A stretch of DNA of 29,895 bases from Clostridiales bacterium. GTDB taxonomy: Bacteria > Bacillota > Clostridia > Peptostreptococcales > Anaerovoracaceae. The notes under the pieces are model-generated. The model did no database searches and was not told the origin of the DNA. It saw only the letters and a program-made list of their open reading frames with translations. Location of the stretch: contig WRJV01000342.1 in assembly GCA_009778415.1 (NCBI GenBank), positions 1 to 29,895 on the forward strand, given 5' to 3'. Below, piece after piece: positions 25,718-29,895 of this stretch; position 1 is the first letter of the stretch; every line of letters starts with the position of its first letter. A program made the translations under genes and the position numbers.

Positions 25718-26384
25718 AACAAAAGCTGTTGAACTGTCAACTATTCCTGCCATCGCCTACAAAATAAAACTTGCTTCAGGCGGAGCAGGCCTGAAAATCA
25801 TGCGCTTGGATCAAGCGTTGTCTGCCAGCGCGTCCATTGACAAGCGTACCGGCGAACCTGTATCTTATGGTCAAGCCGACGAAGATTTGTTCCCTTCCGA
25901 GGCCTTTGAAGAGGTTCTTGAATTGACATCGGGGCTTCCGTACTCGGCGCGGGGGAAGATTAGGCTCATGGCCGTGGAGCAGGTAGAGGTAGAGGCAGAG
26001 GCAGACGAGATGAGCGAAGAAGACGCAGCCGGAGACATAACGAAGCGGGATATGGTCACAAGCGACGAATACGCAGCGATTGTTGAGCGCTACAGCGACG
26101 AGACTGGCAAAATGAATTACACGCTGATGAACAAGGATTTTATCCAGTTTGCATCAAAGAGCAAGGTCGTGCAGGAAATGGTGGCAAACAAAGCCCTGAC
26201 AGATGAAATCATGCTTTTTGTCGTTAAGAGCCGTGCGGCGTTGATCGCAGGCAAAAAAGACAGCTTGGACGACAACGATGCGGCTGCACTCATAGAAACA
26301 ATTGACGAAATAGACCCACGCAGCGCATTCAAGGGGTTGAACGCGCATATAGTCAAGCTGCTGTCTAGGGGAAGACGGAATTGA
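25704..26384 (+). CDS. Hypothetical soluble protein
   Basis: 226 aa from the ATG at 25704, with RBS-like AAAGGA. Host-like codon use, overlaps the ahbB stop, acidic central linker. Family not recognised. Confidence 0.8.
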   Translation: MNIIRTKAVELSTIPAIAYKIKLASGGAGLKIMRLDQALSASASIDKRTGEPVSYGQADEDLFPSEAFEEVLELTSGLPYSARGKIRLMAVEQVEVEAEADEMSEEDAAGDITKRDMVTSDEYAAIVERYSDETGKMNYTLMNKDFIQFASKSKVVQEMVANKALTDEIMLFVVKSRAALIAGKKDSLDDNDAAALIETIDEIDPRSAFKGLNAHIVKLLSRGRRN

Positions 26385-26411
26385 AGTGCAACTAAATAAG
26401 CCAGAAAACCC

Positions 26412-26440
26412 TTGATTTCCAATGTATTATGATATATAAT
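26412..26440 (+). promoter_or_regulatory. Sigma-A promoter of tnaA
   Basis: TTGATT (26412-26417), 17 bp, TATAAT (26435-26440). RBS AAGGAGG at about 26496-26502. Confidence 0.7.
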
Positions 26441-26507
26441 TGTTCCGAATTCATAATACCTTTATGCGCCGCCTGCCAGCGGCAATCTTTTGAAGAAGGA
26501 GGCTATT

Positions 26508-27896
26508 ATGGCAATTAAGTACATACCGGAGCCTTTTCGCATCAAGGTGGTAGAACCTTTGCGGATGCTAACGAGAGAAGAAAGGGAAACAAAAATCGAA
26601 GAAGCAAAGTACAACGTGTTCAACCTCCGCGGGGAGGACTGCTACATTGACCTTTTAACTGATTCGGGTACGAACGCCATGAGTCAGAACCAGTGGGGCG
26701 GCCTGATGGTCGGCGACGAGGCTTATGCCGGCGCGAACAGCTATTTCAAACTGGTTGAGGCCGGGAAAGACATCTTCAACTATGGCTGCATCCAACCTGT
26801 ACACCAGGGGCGCGCGGCTGAAAAAGTTGTTTTCCCGATCCTGCTGGAAAAAGGGAAGTACGCCATTTCAAACATGTTCTTCGACACGACCAGGGCCCAT
26901 GTGGAGCTGGCCGGCGCACGCGCGGTAGACTGTGTGGTCGAAGAGGCAAAAGACCCCATCACGCGGGCGAAATTCAAAGGGAACATGGACGTTGAAAAGC
27001 TTGAGAAGCTGATCAACGAACTGGGTCCGGAAAACGTCGGGCTGGTAGTGATGACCGTTACGAACAACTCTGCGGGCGGCCAGCCTGTGTCCATCAAAAA
27101 CATGCGCGAGACGAGCGAGGTCTGCAAGAAGTACAACATACTCCTCGACATTGACAGTGCGCGCTTCGCAGAGAACGCGTATTTCATAAAGCGGGACGAG
27201 GAAGGCTACGCAGACAAGTCGATCAAGGAAATCGTGCGGGAGTTGTTCAGTTACGGCGACCTCTTTACCATGTCTGCAAAGAAGGACGGCATAGTAAACA
27301 TGGGCGGGCTTATAGGCGTGAAGGACGCTGATACGCCGTTGCTCCTTCCAATCCGGGCCAACTGCATCTCATACGAAGGGTTCTTCACATATGGGGGCTT
27401 AAACGGGCGCGATTTGGAAGTGCTCTCCATCGGCCTTTACGAGTCGATAGACGAAAGCTACTTGGCATACCGCATAGGGCAGATGGAATACCTTGCTGCT
27501 AAGCTCGACGACGCGGGCATCGCGTACCAGTCCCCGGTGGGCGGGCACGGCGTGTTCATCGACGCTAAGCACATGTTCCCGGAGATTCCATATTACGAGT
27601 TTCCAGGGCAGACCCTCGCCATCGAACTTTACAAAGAAGCCGGAATCCGGGCGTGCGACATAGGATCCTACATGCTGGGCAACGATCCGGACACGAAGAA
27701 ACAGCTCAAGTCAGAATTTGAATTTACGAGGCTTGCCGTGCCGCGCAGGGTCTATACGCAGGCTCACTTTGACGTAGTTGCGGACGCGCTTGTCGCAGTG
27801 AAGGAACGTGCGCGCGACATAAAAAGAGGCTACCGCATCACTTGGGAACCGCCAATGCTGCGCCATTTCCAGGCGCACCTCGCCCCTGCCGAATAA
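26508..27896 (+). CDS. tnaA: Tryptophanase (beta-eliminating lyase family)
   Basis: [15 protein letters not shown] and MSAKKD (PLP Lys). Tryptophanase-type residues FFDTT, NSAGG, DSARF, IGS and RHF, rather than the tyrosine phenol-lyase FTTT/NLAGG/RFF. Confidence 0.85.
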   Translation: MAIKYIPEPFRIKVVEPLRMLTREERETKIEEAKYNVFNLRGEDCYIDLLTDSGTNAMSQNQWGGLMVGDEAYAGANSYFKLVEAGKDIFNYGCIQPVHQGRAAEKVVFPILLEKGKYAISNMFFDTTRAHVELAGARAVDCVVEEAKDPITRAKFKGNMDVEKLEKLINELGPENVGLVVMTVTNNSAGGQPVSIKNMRETSEVCKKYNILLDIDSARFAENAYFIKRDEEGYADKSIKEIVRELFSYGDLFTMSAKKDGIVNMGGLIGVKDADTPLLLPIRANCISYEGFFTYGGLNGRDLEVLSIGLYESIDESYLAYRIGQMEYLAAKLDDAGIAYQSPVGGHGVFIDAKHMFPEIPYYEFPGQTLAIELYKEAGIRACDIGSYMLGNDPDTKKQLKSEFEFTRLAVPRRVYTQAHFDVVADALVAVKERARDIKRGYRITWEPPMLRHFQAHLAPAE

Positions 27897-27899
27897 GCT

Positions 27900-28217
27900 A
27901 TGAGGCTGAGAAAAGAAGCAGACGATCTGCAAGAAGAAGAAATACTGCTGATAGCGCGGGTTTCAGATGCGCTGGCACATCCTGCGAGGATCAAGATTTA
28001 CCGGTACATAATGAAATGCAATAAAGAAAGGACCCCGGTGTGCAACAAAGATGTCGTTGCCGCTTTTGACTATTCGCAGGCGACGATATCGCAGCACTTG
28101 AAGAAGCTGGCAGATTCAGAGCTTGTCAAAGTGCAGAAAAACGATAAATTCTCAATGTACTACGCCAACTTTGGCGTGTTGGTTAAGTACTTGGACGCTA
28201 CAAAGAAATTTGAGTGA
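27900..28217 (+). CDS. ArsR/SmtB family transcriptional regulator
   Basis: ALAHPARIKI and SQATISQHLKKL winged HTH. Two Cys (MKCNKERTPVC). Confidence 0.85.
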   Translation: MRLRKEADDLQEEEILLIARVSDALAHPARIKIYRYIMKCNKERTPVCNKDVVAAFDYSQATISQHLKKLADSELVKVQKNDKFSMYYANFGVLVKYLDATKKFE

Positions 28218-28232
28218 CGAAATCAAAAAAAC

Positions 28233-28267
28233 AAAATCGGCGGAGGCTAATGCCCCGCCGATTTTTT
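28233..28267. terminator. Bidirectional intrinsic terminator
   Basis: AAAATCGGCGG / CCGCCGATTTT stem with an inner GGC/GCC extension. T run on the + strand and A run upstream, between convergent genes. Confidence 0.8.
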
Positions 28268-28300
28268 GCCCCTAAATGCTGCAAGAAGCAGCTGTAGCTG

Positions 28301-29895
28301 TTATTTAGTGTAGTGAATGAATAGGTCAAGCAGGTCGAGCATGTCGATCTTGCCGTCGCCGTTCACGTCGCACATGCTTGCGGTGACCGCCCTGCCCCTG
28401 GAGTCGTTGACCTTTACTTGGTCGGCCCAGCCTGCAGCATCTGCGCTAAACCCGACGTACAGGAGCATGATGCCGAGGTCCAGGGCATCGACGGTGTTGT
28501 CTTTGTTCAGGTCGTATTTTGACCATACGAGCTGCTCGATGGTTGTCGTCGCTGTTGGGACCGCGATCGCCGAGTCAAGGTACACTGTCGTGTCGCCGTC
28601 ATAGCCGACGGCCCTGAAGCCTGTCAGCTCCATTGTAGCGTCGCCCTGCGCGGTCGGCACGAAAACGAACTTGGCTACGTCGGCGAGCTTCCTTGCCGAG
28701 AAGCCGGTGGAGTCCCCGCCCGCCTCGTACTTCATGGTGACGGAGCCTTTCCACTTGCCATCTCCCGCGAACGTCCAGAAGATGTCGCTCATGGGCTCAA
28801 AGCCATTGACGCCTTCTACGCCGATGCCGGCGATGGGGCCGTCGATCGCAAATTCAAGCTCAAAGGCCAGAACGTCTTTTGCGCCGTATACTTCAAGAGT
28901 GTATACAACATCGCCTTCAACGCCCGAAACCTCTGGTGTTTTCAAGCCAGCCTTGGTGGTGTAGAACCAAAGGCCGGTGTCGATCACCGACTGCACCCAC
29001 TGGCCGTGCAGGCCGCCGTTGGGGCTGTAGTTGTAGTCGCGGCTTGAAGGATTCATCGTCGGCCTGGTCCCGCTGTACGGGATGTTGTAGAAGATGTCCG
29101 GGTCCACGGCTTTTGCTTCCCCTGTGACGATCCCTTTGCAAACGGCCTTTACGCCAAGGTAGTTCTGTTTGGCGACCGACAGAGTGTTCGCGGAGATCGG
29201 CGCGGTGTTGTTTCCGGCAGACTCAAAGAACATGGTCGGGCAGCTGTGGTTGTACGGGTTCAGGTTTTGGTAGTTGATGCCGAGGCTCATCCCAGATGTT
29301 ACGCCGCCGAAAATCTCAATGCCGGTGTACATGTCCATGCACGGCAGGGCGTACGGTGGGTCGTATGCCAGCCTCACGTCTTCTGACATTTCGCAGAAAG
29401 CGTACCCTGCGAGCTGTTTCATTATGGTGTTGTAGTCCTTGACGTAGGGCAGCGTCGGCCCGTCGACGTAGAGGGACGTGCCTATGGACATGGTGATTGG
29501 CATCGAGCCGCTCACGTAGCCCGGTATCCTGTTGCCGTTGGTAGGCGTGGTGTTCTTGTTGCCCTGGTGGTGCAGGTCAAGGGCGTAGTCGGGCATGATG
29601 TCGCAGAAGAGCTTGTAGTACGCCATTGATTCCCTTGCCCCGAAAGCCCAGCCCTCGCCGGCCAGGTTCACTTTCCAGTCGCGGTTGAGGTCGTAGTTGG
29701 TGTAGTTGCCCGGGCCTGTCACTCCGGTCTGGCCGGGGACGCGGCGCTCAGGCTGGACTACGGTGCCCCTCTGGTTGCGGTTCGACCCGTCTGGGTTGTA
29801 GACGGGGATGGCATAGATGGTCAAGCCCGCCAGCTCCGCCCTCAGCGAAGCCGACCCTATGTATTCCCATATGAAGTCCATCAGGCCGATAGTGG
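28301..29895 (-). CDS. M14-family zinc carboxypeptidase-like protein with cohesin-like and dockerin-like tail (5' end outside the window)
   Basis: IPVYNPDG, DLNRDW and ALDLHH M14 motifs. The frame stays open to the window edge, so the HxxE motif and signal peptide cannot be seen. The tail is homologous to those of the two DUF4832-type genes. Confidence 0.75.
   Translation of the reverse strand, partial: TIGLMDFIWEYIGSASLRAELAGLTIYAIPVYNPDGSNRNQRGTVVQPERRVPGQTGVTGPGNYTNYDLNRDWKVNLAGEGWAFGARESMAYYKLFCDIMPDYALDLHHQGNKNTTPTNGNRIPGYVSGSMPITMSIGTSLYVDGPTLPYVKDYNTIMKQLAGYAFCEMSEDVRLAYDPPYALPCMDMYTGIEIFGGVTSGMSLGINYQNLNPYNHSCPTMFFESAGNNTAPISANTLSVAKQNYLGVKAVCKGIVTGEAKAVDPDIFYNIPYSGTRPTMNPSSRDYNYSPNGGLHGQWVQSVIDTGLWFYTTKAGLKTPEVSGVEGDVVYTLEVYGAKDVLAFELEFAIDGPIAGIGVEGVNGFEPMSDIFWTFAGDGKWKGSVTMKYEAGGDSTGFSARKLADVAKFVFVPTAQGDATMELTGFRAVGYDGDTTVYLDSAIAVPTATTTIEQLVWSKYDLNKDNTVDALDLGIMLLYVGFSADAAGWADQVKVNDSRGRAVTASMCDVNGDGKIDMLDLLDLFIHYTK

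Noticed and set aside
26464-26493. Mini-[12 protein letters not shown] upstream of tnaA as a TnaC-like leader
   Set aside because: No Trp codon, no TnaC motif and no RBS.
26508-27896. Tyrosine phenol-lyase as the call for the beta-eliminating lyase
   Set aside because: The diagnostic residues (FDTT, NSAGG, SARF, RHF) match tryptophanase.
219-29141. Many long antisense or alternate-frame ORFs in the track (e.g. 1800-2579, 4986-5801, 17255-18208, 21527-22348, 24579-25295)
   Set aside because: They lie wholly over well-supported genes, lack RBS and family motifs, and are the expected shadows of GC-biased codon use.
1-29895. CRISPR arrays, tRNA/rRNA, transposases, integrases, reverse transcriptase
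   Set aside because: No regularly spaced repeat-spacer pattern, RNA gene signature or corresponding protein motif was found. Nearly all of the sequence is accounted for by the CDS listed.

Overview
Chromosomal window from a Clostridia-like Firmicute (inferred from gene content and SD/sigma-A signals; about 50-55% GC by eye). Left to right it holds: a stand-alone fused purL and a divergent EamA transporter; two tandem secreted DUF4874/DUF4832-type putative glycoside hydrolases; two tandem AHSKG lipase-like hydrolases; and an MCP followed directly by a complete siroheme-dependent (Ahb) heme b pathway (hemA-sirC fusion, hemC, cobA-hemD fusion, hemB, hemL, cbiX, ahbC, ahbD, ahbA, ahbB). It ends with an unknown gene, tryptophanase plus an ArsR-type regulator, and the 3' part of an M14-type peptidase. 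Two things stand out. (1) Three proteins of two unrelated catalytic classes all end in the same cohesin-like plus dockerin-like tail, and no scaffoldin or cell anchor is visible in the window. (2) A 1,258-bp, mostly AT-rich cassette sits between 33-bp direct repeats at the ahbC/ahbD junction. It carries its own terminator, promoter and an orphan ABC/AAA_21-type ATPase, and it preserves both the ahbC C-terminus and the ahbD RBS. No rRNA, tRNA, CRISPR array, transposase or integrase was seen. All family calls come from motif recognition by eye, not database searches.
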